NCBI GenBank assembly: GCA_963699755.1
Contig: CAVOVB010000001.1
Span: forward strand, 224,001 to 288,000
Reading direction: 5' to 3'
DNA: 64,000 nucleotides
DNA from: an uncultured delta proteobacterium
GTDB lineage: Bacteria > Myxococcota_A > Polyangia > Polyangiales > Houyiibacteriaceae
The position numbers and the translations under genes were made by a program. The notes under the pieces were generated by a model. That model saw nothing but the letters and a program-made list of their open reading frames with translations, made no database searches and had not been told where the DNA came from. Below are positions 46,630 through 56,862 of this stretch, in pieces. Numbering within the stretch: position 1 is the first letter of the stretch; each line of letters opens with the position of its first letter.

Positions 46630-46707
46630 CGTGTCTCCTCCTGTGCTTCGGCTGCTGAAGCCGACCGTTGGGGCGATTTCCGGAATTTTGAAGCGGCGTG
46701 CCCTTGC

Positions 46708-47703
46708 TCAATTGGAAACCTCTGCGACGTGAACAACAGCACCACCACGGTGCACAATTGGGGACGTCACGTGTCCGATGATCACACCTCCGCCCTTGGC
46801 TTTCACGGGCATCTGATTGCGTCCGAGCGCGTCGAAGATCAGGGCCAGCGTATCGCCCCGGTGTACGTCTGCTCCGAGGTGTACGACCATTTCGCAGAAG
46901 CCCGTTCGTGGAGCCCGTACCCATGCGCTCGAGCGAGAGATGCGAGGTGGAGGGCCACCCGATACGAGACCTTCCGGTACCATCTGGAGCGCCTTCATCA
47001 CCCGAAGCACGCCAGAAACACCGACCTCGATGGCCGTTGCATCGAAGCGGTTCGCCTCGCCTGCCTCGTACAGCAACACTGTCTTTCCGAGGTCCGTGGC
47101 AGCCGCTCTGAGTGATCCATCACGCAAACGAGAATGGACGGTCATGGGGGCGCCGAACTCCCGCGCGAGCCGAAGCGCGTTCGGATTCTCGATGTCGCAT
47201 CGTAGCTGCGGAAGGTTGGTTCTCCCGCCCGACCCGGTATGCAGATCCAGCCCTACCTCACATCGCGCGACGATTTCGGTCATGAAGAGGTTTGCCAATT
47301 GCGACGCGGAAGACCCGCGTTTCGATCCGGGAAAGCTGCGATTGAGGTCGCGCCTGTCAGGCAAGTAGCGGGACTCTTGGACCACTCCGAAGGCGTTGAC
47401 GACAGGCACGGCGAGCACCGTTCCGCACAGCTCCTCTGGAATGATTCGGTCGAGGACGTGGCGAATGATCGGAATACCGTTCAGCTCATCTCCGTGGATT
47501 GCGGAGCTGATCCAAATCACAGGCCCTGGATTTCTGCCGTGCAGGACGCCGACTGGGAGCGACAGCCAAATGCCGGTCGGCAGACGGGCAACCCGCAGCT
47601 CGGTTTGGGTGAGCTTTCCTGCCGGAGCTGCCAAGCCGTTGATCTCAAAAGGGGCGCTCGCGTTAGCCTTGAATCCGGTCTTTGGTTTTGCCGACCTTGG
47701 CAT
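46708..47703 (-). CDS. Succinylglutamate desuccinylase/aspartoacylase (M14) family protein
   Basis: [28 protein letters not shown]. Start moved to ATG 47703. Confidence 0.9.
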   Translation of the reverse strand: MPRSAKPKTGFKANASAPFEINGLAAPAGKLTQTELRVARLPTGIWLSLPVGVLHGRNPGPVIWISSAIHGDELNGIPIIRHVLDRIIPEELCGTVLAVPVVNAFGVVQESRYLPDRRDLNRSFPGSKRGSSASQLANLFMTEIVARCEVGLDLHTGSGGRTNLPQLRCDIENPNALRLAREFGAPMTVHSRLRDGSLRAAATDLGKTVLLYEAGEANRFDATAIEVGVSGVLRVMKALQMVPEGLVSGGPPPRISRSSAWVRAPRTGFCEMVVHLGADVHRGDTLALIFDALGRNQMPVKAKGGGVIIGHVTSPIVHRGGAVVHVAEVSN

Positions 47704-48565
47704 TTCTCTCCAGGTATTCGATGACGATGCCCGCAACGTCCTTGCCGCTCGACGCTTCGATGCCCTCGAGCCCCGGCGAAGAGTTGACCTCCATCACTAC
47801 AGGCCCATGATTGGACCGAAGCATGTCGACGCCGGCGACCCGCAGGCCGAGCTTATTTGCAGAGCGTGTCGCCGTGCTCCTCTCCTCGGGTGTGAGCTTC
47901 ACGCTGCTTGCGAGTCCCCCGCGGTGAAGGTTGGATCGGAACTCACCCTCGGGCCCCTGCCGTTTCATGGTGGCGACGACCTTGTCTCCGACGACAAACG
48001 CACGAATGTCTGCGCCCCCCGCCTCTTTGATGAACTCTTGAACCAAGATGTTGGCATCGAGCTGAATGAAGGCGGCCATGACCGACTCCGCCGCCTTGTC
48101 GGTTTCCGCCAGGACCACGCCCATGCCCTGCGTCCCTTCCAAGAGCTTGATGATGACCGGGGCCCCACCCACCATCTTGATCAAACCCTCGATGTCTTTG
48201 GTGGAACGCGCGAATCCGGTCACGGGCAAGCCGATTCCCTCGCGAGCCAGCAGCTGGAGCGCGCGCAACTTGTCGCGTGACCGGGAAATCGCCTGCGAGG
48301 TGTTGAGCGGAAAGGTCTTCATCATTTCAAACTGTCGGACGACGGCCGTTCCATAGAACGTATGGGAAGCTCCAATACGCGGAATCACCGCGTCGAAGTG
48401 AAGTGCTTTGCCGCTGAGCAAGACCTGTGGTCGGTGCGAGGTGATGTTCATGTAGCATCGCGTGAAGTCGACCACGCGCACCTCGTGCCCTCGTTCGGCC
48501 GCCGCCTCTTTGAGGCGCCGGGTCGAGTAGAGCTTTGGGTTTCTGGAAAGGATTCCAATTCTCAT
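47663..48565 (-). CDS. rimK: RimK alpha-L-glutamate ligase
   Basis: [55 protein letters not shown]. Confidence 0.95.
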   Translation of the reverse strand: MRIGILSRNPKLYSTRRLKEAAAERGHEVRVVDFTRCYMNITSHRPQVLLSGKALHFDAVIPRIGASHTFYGTAVVRQFEMMKTFPLNTSQAISRSRDKLRALQLLAREGIGLPVTGFARSTKDIEGLIKMVGGAPVIIKLLEGTQGMGVVLAETDKAAESVMAAFIQLDANILVQEFIKEAGGADIRAFVVGDKVVATMKRQGPEGEFRSNLHRGGLASSVKLTPEERSTATRSANKLGLRVAGVDMLRSNHGPVVMEVNSSPGLEGIEASSGKDVAGIVIEYLERNAKVGKTKDRIQG

Positions 48566-49065
48566 CGCCGCCCCCCGTGTTGCCGCCTCTTGTGTCTCTT
48601 TGGAACCAGTTCCCGATGCAAATACGATCGATTCGGATCAACCACAAACCGGCCTCGGATCGCCTCACGGCCGAGCAGCATGCGAAACCCCATCTCATCG
48701 CGTGAAGTGAGGGTCAGCTCGATGGGCCAGGTCTCGTTTGCAAGGAGGAGCGGACTTCGAATGATGGGACGAAGCTCCCTGTGCCCGCTCGAGCTCTTGA
48801 CGTGCCGGTATTCGTACAGGCGCGCCTTGCACTGAACGATTGTCACCGAATCGCGTTGAATCGGGTGGACCTTGAAGTGAACCCAGGGGTGCTTGCCCTC
48901 GCCTGGCACCTGGATGTCGAAGGCGTGCAAGGACGAGCTGCGGGCTCCGGTGTCGATTTTTGCCTTGATCCGTCCTATCCCGAGGTCGGGCAGCGCAAGC
49001 CACTCACGCCATCCGATCGCAGGGGGCTGATGCGGACCAGCAGCTCTGCGAAGTTTGTCGCTCAT
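48562..49065 (-). CDS. RimK-associated retropepsin-like protease (RimB-like)
   Basis: IGWREW..LP.LG...[31 protein letters not shown]. Start moved to ATG 49065. Confidence 0.85.
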   Translation of the reverse strand: MSDKLRRAAGPHQPPAIGWREWLALPDLGIGRIKAKIDTGARSSSLHAFDIQVPGEGKHPWVHFKVHPIQRDSVTIVQCKARLYEYRHVKSSSGHRELRPIIRSPLLLANETWPIELTLTSRDEMGFRMLLGREAIRGRFVVDPNRSYLHRELVPKRHKRRQHGGRR

Positions 49066-49201
49066 GACTTCAGCGCTCTTTTCGTTCTCGAGGCGGTGCC
49101 TCGGCGCTGATCTCGTCTGTGCTCGCAAGAGACCCCGCAAAACCTCTCTGCACACCTCGTCGGATGCTGCGGCCAATGCCGCGCTTTCCGCCCAGGCCCA
49201 A

Positions 49202-50527
49202 TCATGTTGCCGGCTCCGGGTTCCCTTGGCGTTCGAAGCGCAGTCGCAAGACACGGTGCCGGAGCACCTGGAGAACGGTCACGCGGTACTCGCCCACCTC
49301 GAGCGTGTCACCTCGCTTTGGCATTCGGGCGAGATCCGAAATGATGTAGCCGGCGATGGTGTCCGCCTCGTCCTCATCCAATGAGATACCGAGAAAGTCC
49401 GCAGCCTCCGGTAAGGGAACGTTACCTGCAAGCTCGAATACGCCGGGCGAGATCTCGGACATCTCGCTTCGCTCCTCATCGAATTCGTCGTGAATCGGCC
49501 CGACGATTTCCTCGAGCGCGTCCTCGAGAAAAGCCAGGCCAATGATCGTCCCGTGCTCATCGACCACCGCCGCCGCATGGGTTTGGGTTCGCTGAAGCTC
49601 TACGATGAAGCGGGAGAGGGGCTGTGTATCGGGAACGGTCGGCATGCTCAGCGCGAGCGCCTCGAGGCGGAGCTCCTTGTCCTGAAGCAGCTCGGCCAGG
49701 ACGGTTCTCGCATGCACGACCCCTCGAATGTGATCGAGATCGGAGTCACCGAGCGGGTATCGTGAATGACCGGTTTCACGGAGAATCCGAAGGTTCTCCT
49801 CGATCGTGTTGGCCGTAGACAAGAACGCGACGTCTACGCGCGGCAGCATGATGTGGCGCACCTCGAGGCGCATCAACGCTAGGACGTTGTCGCCGATCGA
49901 CCTCTGTCGCGCGGTGATGTGTCCGGCCCGCGCCGAAGACGCCAGGATCGAGCGTAGCTCATCGATGCTGGCGGACGCTTCGTGCTCATCGGAAATCCTC
50001 AATCCAGCGATGCGCAACAGGCCGTTGGAGAGCGCGTTGATGAAGGCGATCAGCGGCCGAAGGGCAGTTGCAAAGCCATACAGCGGATATGCGACCAGTA
50101 GGCAAATCGACTCGGCCCGCTGAATCGCCCAGACCTTCGGGGCTTGCTCACCCACGGTCATATGCAGAATCGTGATGATGGCAAGCGCGAAGCCAAGCGC
50201 AATCCAATGAAGCGTCGCTCCTTCACGAATTTGAATGCCGGCTAGACCTGCGAGCTCGATGAGAAGCCGCGCAACCGCGGGCTCCGCCAGCCAGCCGAGG
50301 ACGAGGCTCGCGATCGTGATCCCGAGTTGGCAAGCAGAGAGGTACAGGTCCAAGCGCAGCAGCATCCGCTGAACGATTGCGGCCCGGCGGTCGCCCGTGC
50401 GAGCGAGTGCATCGATTCGCATTGGCCGGACCTTGACCAGGCCAAACTCTGCCGCGACGAAAAAGCCGTTCAGGAAGACGAAGACTGCCGTGGCAAGGAG
50501 CTTCCAGAGGACCGTGGTGTCTTGCAC
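49202..50527 (-). CDS. CNNM/CorB-HlyC family transporter (DUF21-CBS-CorC)
   Basis: NGFFVAAEF, CQLGITIASLVLGW..EP, GEQAPK, HSRYP, VVDEHG, EEIVGPIHDEFD. Confidence 0.92.
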   Translation of the reverse strand: MQDTTVLWKLLATAVFVFLNGFFVAAEFGLVKVRPMRIDALARTGDRRAAIVQRMLLRLDLYLSACQLGITIASLVLGWLAEPAVARLLIELAGLAGIQIREGATLHWIALGFALAIITILHMTVGEQAPKVWAIQRAESICLLVAYPLYGFATALRPLIAFINALSNGLLRIAGLRISDEHEASASIDELRSILASSARAGHITARQRSIGDNVLALMRLEVRHIMLPRVDVAFLSTANTIEENLRILRETGHSRYPLGDSDLDHIRGVVHARTVLAELLQDKELRLEALALSMPTVPDTQPLSRFIVELQRTQTHAAAVVDEHGTIIGLAFLEDALEEIVGPIHDEFDEERSEMSEISPGVFELAGNVPLPEAADFLGISLDEDEADTIAGYIISDLARMPKRGDTLEVGEYRVTVLQVLRHRVLRLRFERQGNPEPAT

Positions 50528-50652
50528 GCGAAGCTGAGCCTAGCACCAATTCACAGGTGCCATGAGGAAGAATGCTTCCCAGCGGTGAGACCCGAAGCCC
50601 AGCTCTCCTTCCGCAAGGTCAGCTTACGCTTCGCGCCCCAGATACTCTCGCT

Positions 50653-51957
50653 CTAAGAGGCGGCGAGCATATCGGCGAACCAAGTGGCCAGCCCGAGGAA
50701 GGTGAAGAAGCCGACGATGTCCGTCACCGTGGTGAGAATGATGGACGACGCCGTCGCCGGGTCCCTGTTCAACTTGACCAAGGTCACCGGGATGACTGCG
50801 CCTGCCGCCGACGCCGCGATCATAGAGACGATCATGGCGAGGAACATGACGAGGGAGAGGCCGAGGTTTCGACTCCAGGCGTAGACACCGATCGAGGTCA
50901 CGGTGGCGATGGCAATACCATTGACCAGGCCGATCAAGAGCTCCTTGACGAGCACACGAAAGGCTTCTGAAACCCGAAATTCACGCAGCGCGAGGCCGCG
51001 CATAGTGACTGCAAGCGCCTGGGCCCCAGTGTTGCCCGATTGCCCCGCCACGACGGGGAGGAGAACAGCGACGGCTGTGAAACGTGCGATGGTACCCTCG
51101 AAAAGGCCCACGACGGAGGCGGCCATGAAGGCGGTGACCAAGTTGATGTTGAGCCAGGGGAGGCGACTTCGAACACCGACCCAGGGTCGTGACAGTGCGC
51201 GTTCCTCCTTGGAGCCACCCACCATTTGCTGAAGGTCCATGATCGCGTCCTCCTGCGCGGCCTCGAGCAAGCCGACTTGCCGAATGATGCCGATGACTCT
51301 GCTCTGAAGGTCCACGACCGGGAGGCTCGATAGTTGATATTCGTTCAGGAGCTCGACCACGTCCTCACGCGGCGTCATCGGATGAACGAACGCGACGCGC
51401 GGACTCATCAGCTCCGCGAGCGGCTGCTCGGGTTTTGCTCCGACCACGTCTTGCAGGCGGACGACCCCTTTGAACTTCCCGTCATCGTCCGTGATGACGA
51501 GGTCGGAGATCCGTCGATTCCGAAGCCCCTGAATTCGGCGGAGCGCCTCGCCGACTGATGTTTCGCTGCTGAACAGCGCTACCCGGGCGTCCATTAGCTT
51601 GCCCGCGGTACCGGGAGGAAATGCCAGAATCTCTTGAATCTCCTTCCCAAGGGCCGGAGGGACCGAGGCTAGGAGCATGGCTCTGGTGTCTTCCGATAGA
51701 CGGGCGAGCAAGTTTGCCGCGCGTGCTGGGTCGAACGCTGAGATCAGATGGTGGACCCCCTCTGTGCCGGCAGCGGCGAGCACCTCGGCGGCATGATCGG
51801 GCTGCATGTAGCGAAGCAGTGTCGCATTGGTATCCGGTGACTCCTCGGCAAGCACGCGCGCCACGTCGTCCGGCGAAGCGCTCTCCATCTGTCGCGCTGC
51901 CTCGGCCGGATGCAAGTGCAAAAAATGCCGAACCACCTCCCGAATCGCGCTATGCAC
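50653..51957 (-). CDS. mgtE: Magnesium transporter MgtE
   Basis: MgtE-N, CBS pair, RLPWL.INL, GQSGNTGAQ, DPA.ASS..LTTVTDIVG. Start moved to GTG 51957. Confidence 0.9.
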   Translation of the reverse strand: MHSAIREVVRHFLHLHPAEAARQMESASPDDVARVLAEESPDTNATLLRYMQPDHAAEVLAAAGTEGVHHLISAFDPARAANLLARLSEDTRAMLLASVPPALGKEIQEILAFPPGTAGKLMDARVALFSSETSVGEALRRIQGLRNRRISDLVITDDDGKFKGVVRLQDVVGAKPEQPLAELMSPRVAFVHPMTPREDVVELLNEYQLSSLPVVDLQSRVIGIIRQVGLLEAAQEDAIMDLQQMVGGSKEERALSRPWVGVRSRLPWLNINLVTAFMAASVVGLFEGTIARFTAVAVLLPVVAGQSGNTGAQALAVTMRGLALREFRVSEAFRVLVKELLIGLVNGIAIATVTSIGVYAWSRNLGLSLVMFLAMIVSMIAASAAGAVIPVTLVKLNRDPATASSIILTTVTDIVGFFTFLGLATWFADMLAAS

Positions 51958-52804
51958 CGCCCGCGCTCCCTTCGGATCGCTGGCTCCCAAGCACGGCCGA
52001 GCTCGCCAAGTCGAAGAGCCCCCGCAGTCCAAGGCCATAGAGCTCGCCGAGCGACGCTGCGGTCAGCGCTCCCTGATCTTCGAGCCGAGCTTCATCCCAC
52101 CGCTGTTCGAGCTTGCGAATGGTCTCGTACCGAATGACCCCGACGAAGCGCCCGTCCGCCTCGACGACTGGCATCGCATGGACGCGCTTCCACGCCGGGT
52201 GCGCCAAGACTGACTGCCAGCTGGCTCGCGCGGGCAGAGCGGCGACCTCGCGGACGGCGATGAGTCCGACGAGCTGGTCCGGTCGCGCACCCAGCAGCTC
52301 GCGCGTGTTGACGACGCCCACGAGCTTCTGGCCTTCGTCGACCAGGTACAGGTAGTACAGCGCGTGCGCTGGATCGCGGCGGACTCGCTCCACGGCATCC
52401 GCCACGGATAGGCCTGCTGAGACGGAGATGACCCCCGGGTCCATCACGGCGCCTGCGCTTCCGTCGGCATAACGAAGCAGACGCTCCAGCCCTTTGCGCG
52501 CTGAAGGGCTCACATGCTCCATGACGGACGAGCGTTGCTCCGCGCCCATGGTACGAAGGATCGCGGCGGCGACGTCGCTGCGAGTTGCCGACAAGGCATC
52601 GGCAGCCTGCTCGGCAGGCAGAAGCTCCAGCACGTTCGCGCCGGTGGTAGGGGTAAGACATCGGAGCAGCCCCGAAAAAGGGCCAACCGGTAAGGCCTCC
52701 ATCACCTCGGCAGCATCGGAGGTCGGCATGGATTCCAAGACCCTTGCGGATTGAGCAGGGTGTGTAGAAACGAATTGCTGGAGCAGGCTAGCCTCGAGCG
52801 TCAT
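51950..52804 (-). CDS. Soluble MgtE N-domain plus CBS-pair protein (no transport domain)
   Basis: Helical MgtE-N-like repeats, YADGSAGAVM, YLYLVDE..KLVGVV, MPVVE; no 5-TM domain. Confidence 0.8.
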   Translation of the reverse strand: MTLEASLLQQFVSTHPAQSARVLESMPTSDAAEVMEALPVGPFSGLLRCLTPTTGANVLELLPAEQAADALSATRSDVAAAILRTMGAEQRSSVMEHVSPSARKGLERLLRYADGSAGAVMDPGVISVSAGLSVADAVERVRRDPAHALYYLYLVDEGQKLVGVVNTRELLGARPDQLVGLIAVREVAALPARASWQSVLAHPAWKRVHAMPVVEADGRFVGVIRYETIRKLEQRWDEARLEDQGALTAASLGELYGLGLRGLFDLASSAVLGSQRSEGSAGGA

Positions 52805-53633
52805 GATCTTCCTCCTGATTCAAGAGCACCGAGCGGTTCTGCGCGAAGTGCCGGCCGGGGACGGAGAGCTCGCCTTCCGCGTTTTCGAGCACGACGGCGG
52901 TTCGCGTCGTCCGGGCGATCCGACCCTGGTCGGCCCCGATGCGAACGACTTGGCCGACGCGATACGATTTCTGGACGTAGTGCATGGCGAGGATGTCGGC
53001 CATCAGCTCCCTTGCGCCGAGACCAAAGGCCAGTGCGGTTCCGCCGAGCGCTGCGGCCAAGACAATGAGGAATACGGAGGTGAGTAGCGACACGTCCAAT
53101 CCCAGCTGCCCCGCTGCGATGAGGACCGCTGCAACGACGATGGAGAGCTGCGCCAGCCGCCCCAAGCTGCGGGCTTGTGACGGCGGGATTCGGAGGGCGG
53201 TCTTGATTGCGGCGTTTCGCGCAACTCTGCCAGCGAGGACGCCCCCCAAGACGAGCGCCATGGCAATGGTGACCTTCGGCAAATAGCTTGCGAAGCCGGC
53301 GATCCACCTGCTGAACATAGGAAGCCCGAGCGCGTCGATGGCGAGCAAGAGGGCGCTTAGAAGAGTCAGCCAATAGACTCCCGTTCCCGCTACCTCTCCG
53401 GTGCGCTGCTCGTCTCCCGCATCGGTCCAAACCGGTCGCGCCGAGCCAGGGGGCGACTGCAACGGAACCCTTCGGAACATTCGCCGAACGGCTTTCCGGA
53501 GAACCCAAGCCAACAACCAGCCCAGCAGGAGGACGAGAGCGGCGACGACGATCTTTGGAAACGCCTCGATGAGGCCGTGCTTTGCTCGCGTGAATAACTG
53601 CAGAAACTGGCTGGCCGAATCATCGAGGTCCAT
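52788..53633 (-). CDS. MscS-like/CmpX-type membrane protein (TM_helix repeats)
   Basis: FPKIVVAALVLLLGW, YLPKVTIA, ALAFGLGARE, YRVGQVVRIG; RBS GGGAGG. Confidence 0.8.
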   Translation of the reverse strand: MDLDDSASQFLQLFTRAKHGLIEAFPKIVVAALVLLLGWLLAWVLRKAVRRMFRRVPLQSPPGSARPVWTDAGDEQRTGEVAGTGVYWLTLLSALLLAIDALGLPMFSRWIAGFASYLPKVTIAMALVLGGVLAGRVARNAAIKTALRIPPSQARSLGRLAQLSIVVAAVLIAAGQLGLDVSLLTSVFLIVLAAALGGTALAFGLGARELMADILAMHYVQKSYRVGQVVRIGADQGRIARTTRTAVVLENAEGELSVPGRHFAQNRSVLLNQEEDHDARG

Positions 53634-53800
53634 GAGATCCCTCCCCTGAGAACGCTACTTTGCACGCGGGCGCCCGTAATGACCATGGCTATCTCAAGTG
53701 GAAACGCCGACTGCGGTCTGAAACGCGGGTCTGATCGTAGAGGATGGGCTGACCATCGAATTCGGTTCACCGTGAAGTGGACCAGGGGTAGGCTTGCGAC

Positions 53801-56278
53801 GTGAACCGGCTCTTCATTGCACTAGTGCTCTCCGTCTTGGGTTGCGAGAAGGCCACCGAGCGGTCTTTCGAGCGCGGAGCATGTGAACCGTTCGGTGTCG
53901 ACACCGCGATCGACGTCCCGGCGAGCTGTGCGCTCGACTTCGCGGCCGAGGGTCAGAGCGTCCGTGTCTTCGCCATCGGCCCGGTCATTCGATATGCCGA
54001 AATGGAGGACTACGCCGCTTTTTGCAAGGCATGGGATGACGTCGTCCGTACCGAGGTGCTCCCCTGCCTGGCGAACGACAAGCCCAACCTCTTGGTGTTT
54101 CCCGAGAACGCGAGTCTTGCCGGAGCCTTCGTTGGCTCGCGGGGAGCGGAGGGGCGCGCGGAATCCAAAACCCTTCTTGCATTCCTCTCGCTGTTCAATA
54201 GCTACGCTGGGCCGGTGGGCTACTACGCGGCGCGGTTTCCCGACGCGAGCCTGAATCAGCACTTGGTGCTCGGTCTGACCGACACCCTCCATCGCGCTTT
54301 TCAAACCTTCCCGGCAATTGCCCTGCGCTACGGGGTCTACGTCGCCGTGTCCTCTGACTTTGCCCCGGCGGAACCCAGTGATGATCCACAAGACGTCGAG
54401 CAACTCGCAGACCCCGATCTCGATTCGGTGTCGAGCGTCTACGTCGCGAGCGAGGGGACGGGCTACAACTGGGGGCTCTATTTCGGCCCCGATGGACAGG
54501 AGATCGCTCGCATTGCGAAGGGCTATCTAGTCCCCTCCGAAGAGGACCTACTCGGCCTCGGCCATGGGCCGTTGACGCGGATGCGCCCGGTGGAGCTCCC
54601 ATTCGCGCGCTCGGGCATGGTGATTTCGAAGGACGCATGGATGCCGGGGCTCTTGCACCGTCTCGATGCGCTCGGAGCGAACCTGTTGCTTCAACCGGAG
54701 GCGTTCTCCGGCTGGGGGGTCGAAGAATATGAGGGGGACTGGCTTCCCGATATCGTGCGTCAGTCCGCGTGGGCGCACACTCAGCGGCATGGCTCGTTTC
54801 GTCATACGGTCACACCCTGCATCAAGGGCAACTTGCTCGAGCTCGTCTTCGATTGCCAGTCCCACATCACGCAGTCGAGCAGCCTGAGCGACACGGCTAG
54901 CTCGTTCATCGGCCAAGATCCGTACCTAGGCATGCTCGCAATCGAGCCCTGGGTCATCGAAGACCCTGGGCCCCCCCTGTCGATCGACGAACGCCGCGCG
55001 GTGCTCCGTGACCGCGGTGAACGGATGTTGCCAGGCAGCGGGGACCCTCTCGAAGACGCCTACGCCGGGCAGGTCGTCGCCGCGGACCTCTCATTACCGA
55101 TCGATGGACAGGTGCCGCCGACCGGTGACGGGGAAAACGGCGCGCTTGGCGCGAGTGTTCTGGTTGCCGAACCGAACGCAATCGAAACTCATCAGCGGTT
55201 CCCAGCCTTGGCCGCCGATGCGACCTCGCTGATCGTCGCGTGGATGGAGGGCGCGCCGGGCGCGGAATCGGTGCGGCTGTTTACGGCCGAAGGTGGCGCC
55301 GCCCTCTCTGAAGTCAGCTTGGGGAGCTCGCCCGGTCTCGTGCAGCGCCTGCCTCGCGTCGCGGCTGGCGCCCGACGGCTGGGGGTGGCTTGGGAGGAAG
55401 AGCTCGGCGATCAAACCAGCCGTGTCGTGGTGTCGACCCGCGTCGATGGGGCCTGGACGAAGGTGGATCTGAGCGACCCTGCTGCCGCTGACGCCTGGGA
55501 ACCCGATGTCGCGATCGACCCAGTGACGGGCCGCTTCTTCGTCGCCTGGCTCGACTTGCGGGCTGGCGGGCGTCCCAAGCCCTGGGTCGCCCGAAGCGAC
55601 GACGGACGGCAATGGGAAACAGTTCGAGTCGACCAGGGCAACGCGATCGCGGGCAACCCGCGAGGCGACGCGGCGTTCGTTCGCGTCGCGGCGCACGACG
55701 ACCAGGTATTCGTGGCATTCTCCGATTTCCGGGAGTTCAGCTGGGACGTGTATCTGTCTGCGAGCGGCGATGGCGCGGAGACCTTTGTGCCCGCAACACG
55801 AATCAATCCGGCTGCGACGGAGCTCATCCCCGTCTTTGACGGAGAACCAGTCGAAGCGGAGCGCATCCATGGCGACGTGGCGCTGACGCTCGGCCCCTCG
55901 GGAAATCCCATCGTCGCTTGGACCGATAGGCAAAACCGTCGCTACGAAAGCCGCGTCCGCGTCTGGGCTGCAGGTGAGACCGTTCGCCTCGACGACGCCC
56001 CCGACGGCGTCGACGCGTGGCGCCCAGCGTTGGCCGCCGACGCCGCCGGCGAGCTGTTCACGGTCTGGCAAGACCTTCGAGACGGGACGAACCGGATCCG
56101 CCTTGCCAAGGCCAAGGGCTCGCCCCTCGCGGCTGAAGCGAGCGCCATCGTCGATGACGCGGCTGCCGGTACGCATCTATACGCACCTCAAGTGGCGTTT
56201 CGGGGCGAGCAAGTCCTGGTCGCATGGGAGGATCCGCGGTCGGGCTATGCGCGAGTCCGCCTCGTGACCGGCAACTGA
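53801..56278 (+). CDS. Lipoprotein: nitrilase-like (C-N hydrolase) domain fused to a BNR/sialidase-like propeller
   Basis: Lipobox VLGC; LLVFPE, K in IAKGYL, ISKDAW; Asp-boxes RSDDGRQW and ASGDGAETF; repeated VAW.D motifs. Confidence 0.7.
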   Translation: MNRLFIALVLSVLGCEKATERSFERGACEPFGVDTAIDVPASCALDFAAEGQSVRVFAIGPVIRYAEMEDYAAFCKAWDDVVRTEVLPCLANDKPNLLVFPENASLAGAFVGSRGAEGRAESKTLLAFLSLFNSYAGPVGYYAARFPDASLNQHLVLGLTDTLHRAFQTFPAIALRYGVYVAVSSDFAPAEPSDDPQDVEQLADPDLDSVSSVYVASEGTGYNWGLYFGPDGQEIARIAKGYLVPSEEDLLGLGHGPLTRMRPVELPFARSGMVISKDAWMPGLLHRLDALGANLLLQPEAFSGWGVEEYEGDWLPDIVRQSAWAHTQRHGSFRHTVTPCIKGNLLELVFDCQSHITQSSSLSDTASSFIGQDPYLGMLAIEPWVIEDPGPPLSIDERRAVLRDRGERMLPGSGDPLEDAYAGQVVAADLSLPIDGQVPPTGDGENGALGASVLVAEPNAIETHQRFPALAADATSLIVAWMEGAPGAESVRLFTAEGGAALSEVSLGSSPGLVQRLPRVAAGARRLGVAWEEELGDQTSRVVVSTRVDGAWTKVDLSDPAAADAWEPDVAIDPVTGRFFVAWLDLRAGGRPKPWVARSDDGRQWETVRVDQGNAIAGNPRGDAAFVRVAAHDDQVFVAFSDFREFSWDVYLSASGDGAETFVPATRINPAATELIPVFDGEPVEAERIHGDVALTLGPSGNPIVAWTDRQNRRYESRVRVWAAGETVRLDDAPDGVDAWRPALAADAAGELFTVWQDLRDGTNRIRLAKAKGSPLAAEASAIVDDAAAGTHLYAPQVAFRGEQVLVAWEDPRSGYARVRLVTGN

Positions 56279-56364
56279 GTGGGGCTCTTGAAGACGTAAG
56301 CAGGCGACGCCCGACCGTTGAAGCTGGACAGCTAGCGCTGGAGCACTAGAAGTAGAGCTGCGCT

Positions 56365-56841
56365 TTGGACGGTTCGCCCACGATATTGAGCACGTTCGCG
56401 CTCTCGCATTTCTGCGAGAACGCGCGGTGGACGCTAGACTACAAGGGCGTTTCATACACTGAAGAGTCGTGGGTGCTCAATGTCGGTCGCGTGGAGGCTC
56501 GGATACACAAGCTCCTCTTCCCAGTGTCGCGCAGGCTCGCGTTCAAGGCGCTTCGGGTGAATCGGGAGGCGGCTGCGGAGAGCGAGGGCATCGTGCGGGG
56601 ATTCCTCGAAGAGCGGGATGCGTCGTTTCGCGACCCGACGCGGTCCTTGGTAGGCGACCGATTCACCTTGGCAGACCTCACCATGGCGTCGATGCTTTCA
56701 CCCTTGGCGCGACCAGCGGAGCACCCGTTTTATCCGAGGATGGCTTACGGCGAAGCCGGAACCGCGGCACTTGGCGCGATGCAAGGCTACCGCATGATCG
56801 AATGGGTGCGGAACTGCTACGCGCAGTATCGCGCTCGCTAG
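56365..56841 (+). pseudogene. Glutathione S-transferase-like gene, apparently internally deleted
   Basis: N-terminal SHFCENARWTLDYKGVSY and C-terminal LVGDRFTLADLT..S, but the cis-Pro/ES thioredoxin-fold segment appears to be missing. Confidence 0.55.
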
Positions 56842-56862
56842 GTTTCGAGCGCTCGCCCGGTG

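Noticed and set aside
46630..46707. Guanidine riboswitch upstream of the SMR gene
   Set aside because: Only one short hairpin with no paired ACGR loops or other guanidine-riboswitch consensus, and the protein looks Qac/EmrE-type rather than Gdx.
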